From NCBI GenBank assembly GCA_951406725.2, contig OX597814.1:137144001-137208000 (forward strand): DNA of 64,000 nucleotides. The letters are read 5' to 3'. Positions 1 through 13,910 of the stretch are shown here, piece by piece (the stretch's first letter is position 1; the number at the start of each line of letters is the position of its first letter). The position numbers and the translations under genes are program-made. The stretch comes from Octopus vulgaris. Its lineage: Eukaryota. The notes under the pieces are model-generated. The model was not told the DNA's origin. It worked only from the letters and a program-made list of their open reading frames with translations, and searched no databases.

Positions 1-146
1 TGCAGTAGTAAAACATGGGCATAGAATGTGAAAGATGTTTGAAGGATGGAAAGATGTGTAATGTTAGTGTGCATGAGTGACAGAACAAATGATCTGAGAG
101 AAAAACAATAATTTGTGAAAAAAATAAATACTAAACATTAAAACTA

Positions 147-484
147 CCATATTTGATGGCCTATACGATGCACCTTTTTTATCCAAAAATGGCTTTAAAA
201 ATCTCCCTGTGTCTGTGCATTCAATGTAGGCTCAAAACTCGCTCAAAATGGTATTTATGCTAACAAAACATGTGCTGCCATCTATTGGTGAACAATTGCT
301 TACGGTATGTTTATATCGAATGTGGATACAATAAATTGCTTACAATTACCGGTAATAACATAAAGTTATACAGGTAAGTGGTGGAATTAAAACATTATTT
401 TAGTGGTAATTTATTTTACAAAAGTATAGCCTAGGCTGGGGTACATCTTATGCACTCGTGCATCTTATAGGCCATCAAAAACAG
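147..484. mobile_element. TcMar (Fot1/Tigger-like) MITE
   Basis: TA-ccatatttgatggcctata...tataggccatcaaaaacag-TA: imperfect TIRs with TA flanks. Confidence 0.65.
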
Positions 485-588
485 TAATTGCAAAAATATC
501 TCTGGCTGCTTCAAGCCAACAAGTTCACCACCCTGACAACATCCCTTCAAATATAGTGCCTTAGAACTTACCCTACATTCAAACATTT

Positions 589-626
<38 letters not shown>

Positions 627-2756
627 AGAAATATAGTCCCATTCCCAACAAAGTTAACCCTCTCACTTTCCTACCTATCATCTTATTGCACTCGCTTCTA
701 ATTTATCAAAGGTAATGGGGACAACTATCAACAATAACATTTTTCAATACTTGAATCTCTCTCTCTCCCTCTCTCCTCAATGACTACCAGTATAGCTTAC
801 ATAGAGCCAAATCCACTGAGGACCTACTTTCTTGTGTTACCCCCCAGTGAGCTCTTGCTTTAGAGGACTTCAGAGAAAATCATATTGTTCCCCTAAAAAT
901 TTGACTAAACTTTTAACTATATCTGTCATGAATTTTTTATCAAAGCTTTCTGCCTAAGAGTTCCATTCATGATAACATGTTAACAAAGTTCTTTCTGATT
1001 CACTCTTGATCAACACTGGTATGCCCCAGGTTTTGACTTTGTTCCCACTCTCTCCCTTTTATACATCAATAACCTACTTGCTATCACATCCAACAAGGTT
1101 TTTCACATTAACAGTGGATGGCTAATGATGATAATTTACAGAAAGTTGAATCACTGACTTAATCTGATGCCTTAGATATTATAGCATATTATCTATGACT
1201 TTCACCCTTTCACTGTGAAATTAAATTTAATGGCTATTCCAGTAATGATAGTGAATATTTATCAAAAATAGATATGGCATTTTCTGCAAGTCACATAACC
1301 TCAATAAACTTGACATATCTCAACAAAAAATACTTTCAAACATGACACTTTTCAATGAAAGACAGATTGGTTATTAGGGGTAATTACATTTTGAGTGGGT
1401 CTATCCGATTTACACAATAGAAGTGTTAAGAATAGCATTAACATTACACAATCTCATTTCTTTAACCATATAGACTTTATCTATTGTGCTTATGTAAAAA
1501 AGGAACTTTATATTTAAGAAGATGTACTTGCATGCTAAGTGTTTTGATATGAAACTGTGTGTTGAAACTAAAATGAGTGCAGATTGGAAAACACACAAAA
1601 ACTATTAAAATTTTCTTTGCTCAAAACTACATCCTGTTCACAGCACAAATTTTGTGCTGTGTGTGCTGTGATCAGGTCACAGTTTCAAGTGACAAAACTT
1701 TTGACACCATATTACAAACAATAAATGTTTAAGTGAAGATAAGTCTTTGTGTGTTTCTGAATGGCTAACTTATGTTTTCCATGATGCACTAAAATATCTG
1801 ATAACATGAAATTTGTGTTAATAGACTAATATTAGATATCTTCAAGGAAACAAATTATATTGTGCTAGATTTAGACTACAAAAGTGAAAGAAATATTACA
1901 TTTAATTCATGGATGAATGGTTAGTGTTTTGTTCATTCAACATTAAAAAAAAAACTGTTGGAATAATAAAGGCAGATGTTTTTTTTATTTAAGTTTGTTT
2001 TTCATTTTTTACTGTTTAACTTTTTTCTTTACATTTAATGAGAGGAAAGTAGATAGTGAACTTTTGTCTATTTAACATCCTTTTTTGCTGGGGCTCTGTG
2101 ACTAGCAGGAGAAAAGACAAAAGAAATTATAACTCATAGGCTATCCTCAAGCTGAAGATCTAGTCCAAATGCTTCTGCTAACAGCATCCAAGTTGCTATT
2201 AAACCACAGGCCAACCCTGAACAAGAAGACTTATGATCGAGCCCCAACATTTTTAGGAATATGCATGACTATATTATCTAATGTGTCCTTGCCTTTTTTT
2301 TACAATAGTAAAGTCTGATATGGACATTTGGCTGCTATTTCTAGTAGGTCAAACGACCTCATAGAGACATCCTACAAAATTTAGTGTCAATTTCATCAAC
2401 TATAACCTGCCTAGCATAGTTGCGTACTAGTGTCAATGCAAGAAATTGATATATAGTTTCATCCTTTACATTGTAAGTTCAAATCCCACTGGTCTCAAGT
2501 CTGCTTTCTTTTTCTTCACCTTGGAGGAATGAAAAATACCAATTATATATAGAGAGAGTTTCAATTCACTACAGCTCTTGTATTAATATGGAAACTTAAA
2601 CATTTTTAATATTTTAACCTCCAATTTCAATTCTGCTCAGTGAACTTTTGCCTTTCATCCATCCTTGGTTTATAAATTTAATACCAAACGTAGCCTATGG
2701 TGGATCAGTTTATGAGTATCCCACTGTGTGGCACCTTAGCAACAGATAGCCTCAGG

Positions 2757-2914
2757 CAGGGCTGGCTCAAGGTACTGGCAGCTCCGGCAGTCATTTGGGG
2801 TACCATGTACTTTGGGGTACCATGTACAAAGACAAGAAAATTTCCATGACAGTCAGTTTGTACATGCCAAAGTTCAGCTTGCCTGGGGTACCAGCAACCC
2901 TAGGACCAGCCCTG
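2757..2914. mobile_element. hAT MITE inserted in a SINE
   Basis: TIRs cagggctgg...ccagccctg with a perfect 8-bp TSD gcctcagg (2749-2756, 2915-2922). Internal tandem tttggggtaccatgtac. Confidence 0.85.
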
Positions 2915-4046
2915 GCCTCAGGCTAAACAAAGCCTTAAAAGTAAAACTTAGGAAATGAAAACTGAGTGGAATCCTGGCAGAAGACTATTCTTGTTCTTGG
3001 GAGGAAACTTAATCCATCACCTGGTCCTTGGTGCCTTCAGCAGAATCCAATCTGATGCAAGCACCCAACCATATCTCCAGTGTGAGAATAATTTTCATCC
3101 TTCTTCCTACCGTCTCAAAAACCTTGTAAAACATTCTGAGTGTTGCCCTTTTACTTCTCAATTAAGCAATTTTTAAAAAAAGGTATAGCCAGTCAGCTAT
3201 AAATCTTTTTTTAAAAAAGCAGTGTAAGTAAAGCAAATAGAAGCAAGCAGGATTACTGGATATACCAGCCAGATTTCTAGACCAGATTTTTAGGCTACAT
3301 TACATCAATGCTAAGTACTGTATCAGTACCACAAATATTCTCTTAACTCTTTAGCATTTAAACCAGCCATATCTAATCAAAATAATCTACCTGTTTTATC
3401 TTCAAACCAGCCAGATCTGGCCTCTCACACTTACCCTACAATATTATTCTAAAAGTAAATAATCACATCACTGAAATCTCAAAGCAACAAGGTATTGCAT
3501 GATTAATTCAAATCAATGTGAATAAATAAGCATTACATTTGACAGAGAAATCTGAATGTTAAAGGTTTAGATGAATAAAATAAAATATAACTAAACAATG
3601 AATTACAGTGAATTATAACAGGTAAATGCATATGATCTACTTGATGTGATTTTGTATTTTGAATCACACTTATTATAATATGAATTGTACATCAAAAGAA
3701 TAACAGAGGAAAAAAATTTATTTTCCTAATCGTGACTATGTACGCAGGAAAATCACCCTCATCAGCAAATGTTGATATGTTATCTGTGAAATAGTAGCAT
3801 CAACTTATACACAAGATAGAGGGAAAATTCTAAATTTTTAGCCCCCAAAAAGAGACTTGACTGTTACATGAAACTAACTTTTATTCAAGTATATACAGAC
3901 ATGGCTGTTTGGTAAGAAGTTTACTTTTTAGCCACATGGTTCCAGGCCCAATCCTACTTTGTTACACCTTGGGATACCTTCTACTATAGCTCCAGGCTAA
4001 CCGAAGCCTTGTAAGTAGATTTCATAAAGGGGAAATGAAAAAAGTC

Positions 4047-4070
4047 CAGAGAGAGAGAGTGAGTGAGTGA

Positions 4071-4151
<81 letters not shown>

Positions 4152-4204
4152 ATGTGCATGTGTGTGTGTGTGTGTGTGTGTGTCATGTACATGTGTGTGT
4201 GTGT
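4047..4204. repeat. (GA)/(GAGT)/(GT)n microsatellite inside a SINE
   Basis: Direct reading. Confidence 0.95.
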
Positions 4205-4533
4205 TACTGTTTCCTTGTCTTGATATTACGTGATAATTATAAACAAGTGTCACTGTCATGCAAGCAATGTCCTTCATTTCCAATCTTCCAAAAAAACATG
4301 TCTGGTCATGGGGAAATATTACCTTACTTGGAAACTTGAAGGTTAATGAGAGAAAGGGCATCCAGCCATAGAATATCCATCCCAACAACTGTGAGCATGG
4401 AAACGTGGATATTAATACAATGATGATACCTCATATATTTTGTTCAGTCACAACACATTGGATATAGTAAGGTTTGAATATGCTTCAGTTACGAATTCAC
4501 AAAAATCAAATTTAAAATGTCAATTAAACATAC

Positions 4534-4645
4534 CAAGTCATGCTGTTTTCTTCCTTGATTCTGCTGTGCCATACGGGCCTTGTAAGCAAACAACAGTTGC
4601 TGGTTTTGTTTTTGGGCTGCTGCCATTGGACTCATATCAACAGGT
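4534..4645 (-). CDS. VPS9D1: VPS9D1-like coding exon 5 (KPVDMSPMAAAQKQNQQLLFAYKARMAQQNQGRKQHDL); gene continues beyond the window
   Basis: tttcag acceptor, gtatgt donor, 112 nt, phase 2 to 0. QNQQLLFAYKARMA resembles VPS9D1 QNQKLKAAYEARMA. I found no further exon in 1-4533. Confidence 0.85.
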
Positions 4646-7600
4646 CTGAAACAATATAATATCATACTTACTTTCCTTATGTTATACATAAAGTTTTGGA
4701 ATTATAACAAAGGAAACAGATAGATGTGATATTTATGCCTTTCCTGATAGAATTATTAAAGTGATTAAAGACAGCAAGCTGTCAGAATCATTAACACGCT
4801 TGAAAAATTGCTAAGCAGCATTTCTCCCAACTCTTTACATTCTGTGTTGAAATACAACCATGGTCAGTTTTATCTTATGTCCTTTTGGGGTCAATAAAAT
4901 CAGTACCAGTTAAGCACTGGGGTCAATGTATTCAACTTACTTCTCCCTTAAAAACATGCTGGCCTTGCATCAAAATTTGAAACTGTTATTAAAATGATTT
5001 ATTTTTGTCTTTCAGCATAGACACAGGTAAATATTCTGAAATAATGGTTTCAAATTTTGGCAAAAGGCCAGCAAGTTCAAGATGGAGGTAAGTCAATAAC
5101 ATCAACACCAGTGCTCAACTGGTATTTATTTTATCAACCCAGAAAGGATGAAAGGCAAAGTCAACATCAGCCGATTTTGAACCTAGAACATACGGACAAA
5201 CGAAATACCACTAAGTATTTTGCCCAGTATGCTAATGATTCTGCCAGCTTGCCACCTTTAAATGTTCTGAAATATTACAACTAAATGTTCCAAAGAAAGA
5301 TGAATGTATATTTCATGTATTTGTAACTGTATTATCAATTGTTGATTCACAGCAGCGGAATTAATAAGTGTAAAAAGGAGGATGTTAGTTGCATAAGGAA
5401 GTGGATAGAACCTGAGATGGAGGAAGGAAAAATGGTATAAAGTAATGAAGACTGATTTCAAGAAGATGAATCTTATGAAGGAGATGAGAAAGGACAACAA
5501 CAAGTGGAAACATGTGAACCTGGAGAAGACTCATTGATCCATGGCCAAACGGATATTAAAAAGATGATGGAAGTGGTGGTGAGATTAGGGTTTGGGATCT
5601 GTCTTTATTCAATCCCCATCTACCATTAACTGTTTTCATTGTTTCTCACTCATTGCACTGCCTGTGTAATAGAGTAAGGCATCAGTTCTGTTCACATTCA
5701 ATCCCTCTACCACCAACCTTCTTTGCTGATAACCATCTCTCTCCCTTCCTCATACACACACACATTACTATCTCCATCACTCATTATTGCCAAAAATCTC
5801 TTTCAATCTATCTACTTATCTATCTCCTTCACTTCCATTAATATCTCTCTCACTCTTTCTCCTTTCTATGAATCTCTTCTCCCATCATACTGTTTTTCAA
5901 TTCAGTCTTCTTACCAACAATCAACATGTTGAACAGGTCAACTCCAGTACTTATTTTTTAAGTCTGGTACTTATTTTATTGGTCTTTTTTACCCGAACCA
6001 CTAAAATGCAGGGACATAAACAAACCAACACTGGTTGTCAAGCAATGATGGGAGGGAGGACAAACACAACACAAAGACACACACCATGGATATATATACA
6101 CATACAGGACAGGGTTTTTTCTTCATTTTCCATCAACCAAATTCACTTACAAGGCTTTGGTTGGCCAGGGGCTATAGTAGAAGATATTTATCTAATGTAC
6201 TGAGCAGTGGAACTGAAACTAGGACCATGTAATTGAGAAGCATACTTCTTACCACAGAGCTCTGTCTGCACCTATATAATGCACTTTTTGAAATTTGTCT
6301 TAGTGTGAAGCCTACATTTTGCAGGAATATATCTAGTTTAGTTTCCAATGACCTATAAATATATCCTTTTATGATATTTGATTCAAAAAATGTTATGAAA
6401 ATATATTCACATAGGTCAGACAAGCTTATGTCAACACTTAATGAAACTCAGTCCCTGAGTAACTGAATCATTATGGCCACTCCTCTTCTACTTATTTTTC
6501 TTTGTTTCAAACTTATTTCGTCATTGACTATAAATATACATAACCATATAAGAGATACATTTAACCATTAAGGTATTTTAACATAACATCACCGACTACA
6601 TCATCTTCATGTCAATTTTTTTCAACACTTGCATGGGTTAAAAAGAGTTTATTGAAGCAGATTTTCTATGGCCAGATACCCAGCATGTCACCAGCCCTCA
6701 CCTGTTTCCAAATAAGGTAATATTTGTAAGCATGACAGATGTGAGACCACCCAGACAGTTACTTTATGGAGAGTTACAAATTGGAAAATGATCACAACAT
6801 AAGCCAAAGAAATGATACAAGGACTGCATTCATGACAACTTAGAGAAATTGAAAATAAATGTTCAATTCTGGAAAGAGAAAGTGAGCTGGCCAAAAAATG
6901 GCATGAACAGTTAAAACCTATTTTGAGAGAGGAAGGTATAATGGATAGACCAGATGAGATGAGATTAAGAGTTGGAAATGCAGTCTCTGCGACTGATATA
7001 TCTTGTCAAACATATCTTTTGAAATAAGCCACATGAAATTACACAGTAATTTGCAAAACATGGTAACAACATCTGTGCAGTATGTGGAAAAATCTATCAG
7101 AGTAATACTAGTTTGAATAGGCACAAAAGTACATAAGATTACCAAATCACAAGTAAGCCATATATACTATGTACAAGTTTTCAGTCTTATCTGCCGTGTA
7201 TGACAAACCTTGATGGTCAACTGTTGTCTTAAAAGTCATCAAAGAGCACACAGATGTTATGAAGATTATGAAGATTAATGATGGAGATTGATTGAGACAG
7301 TTACCATCTATCATGTGTTAAGATGAAATGATTTAAGAAAGAGAGAAAGTGTGTGTGTGTGCATGTGTGTGTGTGGTGTGTGTGTTGTGCATGCATGTAT
7401 GCCTGTGCACGGGCGCATACATGTGTGTGTGTGTGTGTGCACACACACATGCATACGTGTGGTGTGTGTGTGCATGCCTGTGTGCCTCATTGTCTTGACA
7501 TTACTTGATAGTTGTGAGTATCACCATCACCAATGCAGTCTCCCTCATTCATTTCTAACTATGGCAACATGAGAGGCATCTTGTCATAGAAAATCTGTTT

Positions 7601-9297
7601 CAATGAATTCTATCTGACCCATGTAAGCATAGAAAAGTGGACATAACAATTATGAGGAAGAAGAATTTAGGACTTAGGTTAGTTTTGTTTAAGTGACATA
7701 TGCTTACTTTGAAATTAATACTCTCAGTTTGAAATCACATGTAATGTCCTTTGTTTCTATTGGACAAATGTGGTAATTTGTCTTTCATGTGTATGTGTGT
7801 ATGCACATGTATGTGTGTATGCACATGCGATTCTTGTTGCTGTTGTTGTTTCACCCAAAGCTAATCCAAGGCAAATCTATGACGAAATCCAAGTTATAAC
7901 CATCCTCTCTTTTTTGAAGTAGCATGCATCTAGGACATGATCCAGTCCATCCTATAACCCTTTAGCATTCAGATTAATCCATCAAATGTAATGCTTATTT
8001 ATTCACATTGTTTTGAATTAATTATGCATTATTTCATAGCTTCGAGATTTCAGTGATGTGACTGTTTATTTTAAGGATGACATGGTATGGTAGGTGTGAG
8101 AGCCCACATCTGGCTAGTTTGAACATAAAACAGAATATTGAAGCCAGATATGACAGGTTTAAATGCTAAAAGGTTAAAGATGGTAGGAAGTAATGTGAGG
8201 AAGATCTGGCTGCTAATTCTAGTAGCATAAAGATGGTTGGCATCACATTGCACATAGAGTTAAATTCAGAATCTATGAAAATTGGATTAACTTGCCTCCA
8301 ACTAAAGCCACTGTACCACTTTCTTTTCTTCACTCAGATGAATGCAAGAACCCCAAAATTTTAGATTCTTCACTCCTTATAGCAATTTGATCTTATACAA
8401 ACACATTATACAGTCTGAGACTATACTGAACCAACTGATGTTGCAACTATTTTGGCACACATGTAGGCTTTGTGTCTTACAGGATCATGAAAATGGGTTT
8501 TATGTTGAAACTGTAATAGTGTTCTAGAGTATTGTTGGTATATCTACATGCTTGTAGATGGTTAAACAGATAACTCTAGTGGCTATGTGGAGCAGTGCAC
8601 ATCTCAGTCATTTAAACTGAAAGATCACTTAAACATTCACATTTCTAAGTGATGTTTCAGTTTAAGTAGTGTTGATGTCATTTAACACCAGGTCAGTGCA
8701 AATCAAACAAACCTGTAGTCAAAAGCATCCCAGCCATAACTATCTTGCTTTTTGTATATCAGAGACTAATTAAGATGGCAAGATTTTGAGAGCTATTTCC
8801 TGCAGGCCAGACAACAACATAAAAGCATCTTGAGCTCAGCAGTCACAGTGGTGACAACAGCAGTGGCAGTGATAGTATGTGAGTGAATGTGTTTGTTGAT
8901 GTATGTGTGAGTGACACATGCATAAGTGTGTAAGTATATATGTGAGTTAATGTGTTTAAGTGCATGTGTGAGATGATCTATGTGTGTTCACATATATGAA
9001 CACTAACAGTAAAAAATCACATGATAATAGGGATGCATAAAGATAACATGATGTTATGCAGAGATAACAAAAGTGGAGGGAGTGTTAATGGTAATAATAA
9101 AAAGATAATGAATGCAATGCTGTTGACTATAACCACATTGCTTTACAGTGCAATGTAATTATAGTTCACAGTGATTCTTAAAGCAGATGTATGATGTAAC
9201 ATTTATGAAAAATTCCAGAACATATAAATAACTAATCTAAGTATATGATGAAAAATTTCCAAACAATAAAGGAGAAGAAAGATGTATTATTCCTTAC

Positions 9298-9415
9298 TTA
9301 GTATAAGTATTCACAGATGAATTATGTAGTGTAGATAAAGGTGCTAAATTTTCATTGCTTAAAGTGATCCTTGAACTCTTCAGGTTTTTAGAGGGAAGGG
9401 CTTGAGTTGGAGACC
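9298..9415 (-). CDS. VPS9D1: VPS9D1-like coding exon 4 (GSPTQALPSKNLKSSRITLSNENLAPLSTLHNSSVNTYT)
   Basis: ttttcttgaag acceptor, gtaagg donor, 118 nt, phase 1 to 2. It exactly bridges exons 3 and 5 and encodes a Ser/Pro/Thr-rich linker. Confidence 0.75.
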
Positions 9416-10542
9416 CTTCAAGAAAATAAAACAACATCATTGTTAAATTTGTCAAATTAAAGATCAACTGGTTAACATAGAATGGAAAGCTAAACCAAAA
9501 CATCATGGGTTCAGAATTAAATCATGTTTTGTTATTGGATTAATTATGAAGGACATGTATGTGGGTCTATCTTCCTCAGATAATTATTCAATCAAAAATA
9601 GTTACTACATCACTTATGTGCAACAGTTTTGAGCTAACAAAAATTACAAAATCATTTCACATTTGGTTGGATGTCAAGTGAAAAAATTTATATATTAAAG
9701 TAAAAAATTATTTTTGTAATCCCAATTCACTGAAATTTTTGGTAAATAAAGACAATACAGGTAAGTGCAGATTTTTGTCTTTAAAGCCAGCTGGTAACAA
9801 CAATGGGCATGTTTTGGTTTCATTAGACTTCCTCATTCAATAAGATAAAATGCATACAACTCCCTCCAAAAGAACCATTTGAGCAATTGAAATTACTAAT
9901 GGCAATTAAAAGAGAAATTTCTTAATAATCATTTCATTGATAAAGACGCCATGTAACTAACAACAGCCATGATCAGTAAATGTGGTCAAGAAATTAAAAA
10001 AATATGAATTTATCCAAAATAAATACTTTTATTATGGGAATTAAATTAATGTAAATCCACATGTGATCATTCTCAATCTATGCCCCATCAACTCTTTTCC
10101 ATCATCATTGGTTTATTGCTCACCTTCACATACAATCAACTGGTTAACAGAATTCATATTTGACTTGGGATAAATCCTATACTAAGTCCATCAACAAACT
10201 CAGATGCATTACTTTTATGTATTTGTCTCCAGAAGAATGGAAAATGAAGTAAAAAAAGGACAGCATTTGAACTCAGAACATAAGAACAAATGATATGGTT
10301 GAGTGGAAAGTACCTCTGGAGAGTATTCTGCATGCTAAGTACACACATGGTAAGGTTTCACATATGTATTAAACTTGGATTAACTTTAGATTATTCTTGG
10401 ATCAATACAAGAATCCCTCTGAAGGTATTCAAAAATCTCAAAAAAGAAAAGCAAGAGATATAACCCCAATAACACCAATTCATGGAAATTTTTGGAAAAT
10501 AAAAGCAATACAGTATAAGTACAGATTTTGTCATTAAAGCCA

Positions 10543-10866
10543 TCATTATCATCATCGTTTAACGTCCGCTTTCCATGCTAGCATGGGTTGGACGGTTCAA
10601 CTGGAGTCTGGCAAGCCCGAAGGCTGCACCAGGCCAGTCAGATCTGGCAGTGTTTCTACAGCTGGATGCCCTTCCTAACGCCAACCACTCAGAGAGTGTA
10701 GTGGGTGATTTTATGTGCCACCGACACAGGTGCCACGCTCGGATAATGTTTTTTATGTGCCACCGACACAGGTGCCAGACGAGGCTGGCAGACGGCCACG
10801 CTCGGATGGTGCTTTTTATGTGCCACCAACACAGGTGCCAGACGAGGCTGGCAGACGGCCATGCTC
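10543..10866 (-). mobile_element. RTE-tail SINE or non-autonomous retroposon with internal ~60-bp tandem subunits
   Basis: (cat)n tail, ccatgctagcatggg hairpin and ggatgcccttcctaacgccaacc core. CpGs are intact, so it is probably young. Confidence 0.8.
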
Positions 10867-11616
10867 AAAAACAATGGGCATCTTCCAGTTTTATTAGATT
10901 TCTTCATTCACTAAGATACAAAAGTGATCAGTAAATGTAGAAAAAGGGGGAACACATTGGAAGTTATTTTGAATATCAAAATTATAGTTGTGCAAAAGTA
11001 CCTCAGGAAGGCTGCCTGCATGTTAAATACAAGATCCATCAAAACAGGCTTGGTTAACACTGTTTTCTCATTACTTTAACAATGACCATTACTATAGCAA
11101 AATTAAAATTATGCAAGTAAATCATTATAGTGATAATTAAAAAAAAAAGTATTCACATTCAAATGCATACATAATGTCTAACTTTCTAAGACTTGAACTC
11201 AATGATGTAGCTGCTGGTTTTTAACCCTAGATTAGCACTAATAGACTAAACCTTTGACCAACAACATTCCAGCCATGAACCTACCACCTTTCACTCAGAT
11301 ACTGAATATCTAGGACTATATTATTTAATGTATCCTCTTTTCAATCTGATATGGAGTTGTCTGCAGGAAATTTGGCAACTATTTCTACCCCTGATGCAAC
11401 CACACAAAAGAGGCTCTCTTTGCCTTTGAATGACGTATTTATAGATGGCTCAGATGCAGTGTACAACAGAAAAGACTTCATTGATGTGAGAATGAGACGT
11501 GTATGGAAGATGTATGTATTTATAGTAGAGAAAGATTTTGTATACTTTATATGCCTGACATTCAATATTTTGTTAGGTGAAAGACGAGAACCAAAGAAGA
11601 TACTAATTTTACTAAC

Positions 11617-11712
11617 CTTCTACTTTCTCAAGTATTATTGATATTCGTTCCATGCATTGTTGACCAAGTGTAACATAACGATTCAAGACATTCCGGACTA
11701 AAATACCACCAT
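11617..11712 (-). CDS. VPS9D1: VPS9D1-like coding exon 3 (DGGILVRNVLNRYVTLGQQCMERISIILEKVE+G)
   Basis: ttttgtag acceptor, gttagt donor, 96 nt, phase 1 to 1. LGQQCMER matches the VPS9D1 LAQQCLER motif. Confidence 0.88.
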
Positions 11713-12431
11713 CTACAAAAATATAAAATAAACAAAATTAAACATGAAATACTAACGATATTAGTGAGATCACAGGCAGACTGACAGAGAAGGTAGCCTA
11801 CATAAGCAGCAGATATCACAAGCATGTTCACTGGTGATAGACTTCACATGTGGCAGATATCACAAGTAAGCTGAGAGAAGAGATACACTCCATATGTGGC
11901 AGATGCACAGAGAATGTGGACTAAATTCCTTCAAATGTTTCAAAGGCGCTCTAAAAGTAATTGATAGTTTTTGCTATCAAAGTGACCAAATTAATAGTGG
12001 AAGCGGGTGCTGTGAAAGTATAATAGCCAGAGTAAGAATGATGAAAAAGGTTCATTGCAACAAAGGGTCCTTCTCAGTGTGGAGGGTAGATTGTATGATG
12101 TTTGTGTATGAAGTGTGATCCTGCATAGTAACAAGAGATGAACCTTGAATTATCTTACTTCAGTTGTGAGACTGCGGCCATGCTGGAGCACAACCTTGAA
12201 GAATTTTTAGTCAAATGAACTGACCCAAGTACTTTTCATCTTTAAGCCTGGTACTTATTCTATCAGTCTCTTGTGCTGAACTGCTAAGTTATGTAAACAC
12301 ACCAACACCAGTTGTTAAGCAGTGGTGGGGGACAAACACAGACACAAACACACACACATATATATACGAAGGGATTCTTTCAGTTTCCATCAACTAAATC
12401 CACTCATGGCTTTGGTCAGCCTAAGGCTATA

Positions 12432-12817
12432 CTCTTTTAATCTTTTACTTGTTTCAGTCATTTGACTGCGGCCATGCTGGAGCACCACCTTTAGTCAAAC
12501 AAATCGACCCCAGGACTTATTCTTTGTAAGCCTAGTACTTATTCTATTGGTCTCTTTTGCCGAACCGCTAAGTTACGGGGACATAAACACACCAGCATCA
12601 GTTGTCAAGCGATGTTGGGGGGACAAACACAGACACACAAACATACATATATATATGATGGGCTTCTTTCAGTTTCTGTCTACAAAATCCACTCACAAGG
12701 CTTTGGTCGGCCCAAGGCTATAGTAGAAGACACTTGCCCAAGGTGCCACGCAGTGGGACTGAACCCAGAACCATGTGGTTCATAAGCAAGCTACTTACCA
12801 CACAGCCACTCCTACGC
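12432..12817 (-). mobile_element. Full-length tRNA-derived SINE nested in an older copy of the same family (12150-12885)
   Basis: Head with A/B-box-like tggctgtgtggtaag and gggttcagtccc; (aagagta)-type tail; ctata duplication at 12427-12431 and 12818-12822. Many relatives occur (about 3900-4050, 5930-6260, 15490-15720, 24150-24375, 26365-26745, 35683-35995, 54985-55120). Confidence 0.85.
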
Positions 12818-13120
12818 CTATAGTAGAAGATACTTGCCCAAGGTGGCTGGGAAGCTACTTACCACACGGCTACACCTGTGCCTATGCAGAAGATTTTTAC
12901 AAAGACTGAAAAGAAATGAGGTCAACACACTCCCTTGGATGTGTAATGTTAATGTACATGAATAGCAGAGTATAAATAAGTTGAGGGAAAAAAAAACTGG
13001 ACGAAAGAGGAATGAAATGCAGTGTGCAAAAGGTAAGACTGTGCAGAGGACATGTGATGCATATGGAGAATCTAAGTTGTACAAAGAAGTGTTAAATGGA
13101 CAAAAACAGTGAAAGAGGAT

Positions 13121-13349
13121 TTAACCCTTTAGTGTTCACATTATTCTGCCAAAACTAATGCTTTTTTATCCACATTGTTTTGAACTAATCATGCATTATC
13201 TTGTAGCTTTACAATTTTGATGAGGTAGCTGTTAATTTTTAAGATGATATTGTAGAGTTGGTGTGAGAGACCAGATCTGGCCAGTCTGAACATAAAACAA
13301 GCAGAATACTTTTGGCCGGATATGGCCAGTTTAAATGCTAAAGGGTTAA
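13121..13349. mobile_element. piggyBac-like MITE (~230 bp); further copies at about 3343-3570, 7955-8178, 17640-17865 and 39400-39580
   Basis: TTAA-cccttag...ctaaaggg-TTAA termini. The shared internal sequence recurs five times in both orientations. Confidence 0.8.
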
Positions 13350-13696
13350 ATAGATTTTAAATGGTGGGAGGAAGAGGTTGTTGACTTGCTTAAGAGGTAG
13401 AAAAGGAAGATAAGGGAAGAAGTGGTAAAGACTGATCGCATGAAGCTGAACCTCAAGATAGAGATGACAAAATACTATGAAAAAATGCCAAAGTGCTGTT
13501 TTGGACTGGAGCAAGCATGGAAAAACAAACATAAAAATGATAATGGAAGTTAGGATGTGTAATATCTACATTTAGGTTATCTTTCACCCATTATGTCCAT
13601 ATTAAATCTCCTGCTACTAATCATCTTTGTTACTATCTACTGCCTTCGCTCTCTTCATTACATATTCCCCTGCTTTCATTGTGCTTCCTTTCCAAG

Positions 13697-13910
13697 GGTG
13701 GCGAGCTGGCAGAATCGAAATATTTAGCGGTATTTCATCTGCCGTTACGTTCTGAGTTCAAATTCCGCCAAAGTCGACTTTGCCTTTCATCCTTTCGGGG
13801 TCAATTAAATAAGTACCAGTTACGCACTGGAGTCGATGTAATCGACTTCATCCCTTTGTCTGTTCTTGTTTGTCCCCTCTATGCTTAGCCCTCTGTGGGC
13901 AATAAATAAA
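13697..13910 (+). mobile_element. tRNA-derived SINE, second family (ggcgagctggcagaa...ctgagttcaaattcc...ctttcatcctttcggggtc)
   Basis: Pol III B-box-like gagttcaaatt and a conserved core. Copies at about 4770-4990 (+), 5055-5257 (-), 14211-14428 (-), 16030-16200 (-), 20315-20520 (+), 21778-22005 (-) and 30147-30362 (+). Confidence 0.8.

Noticed and set aside
3984-4388. HT- and CV-repeat ORFs, and similar ones at 7351, 24155, 32570 and 34207
   Set aside because: They are (CA/GT)n microsatellites within SINEs.
10700-10866. Short regularly spaced repeats resembling a CRISPR array
   Set aside because: The context is eukaryotic, the spacers are themselves repeated, there are no cas genes, and the units are internal to a SINE also seen at 19607-19930.
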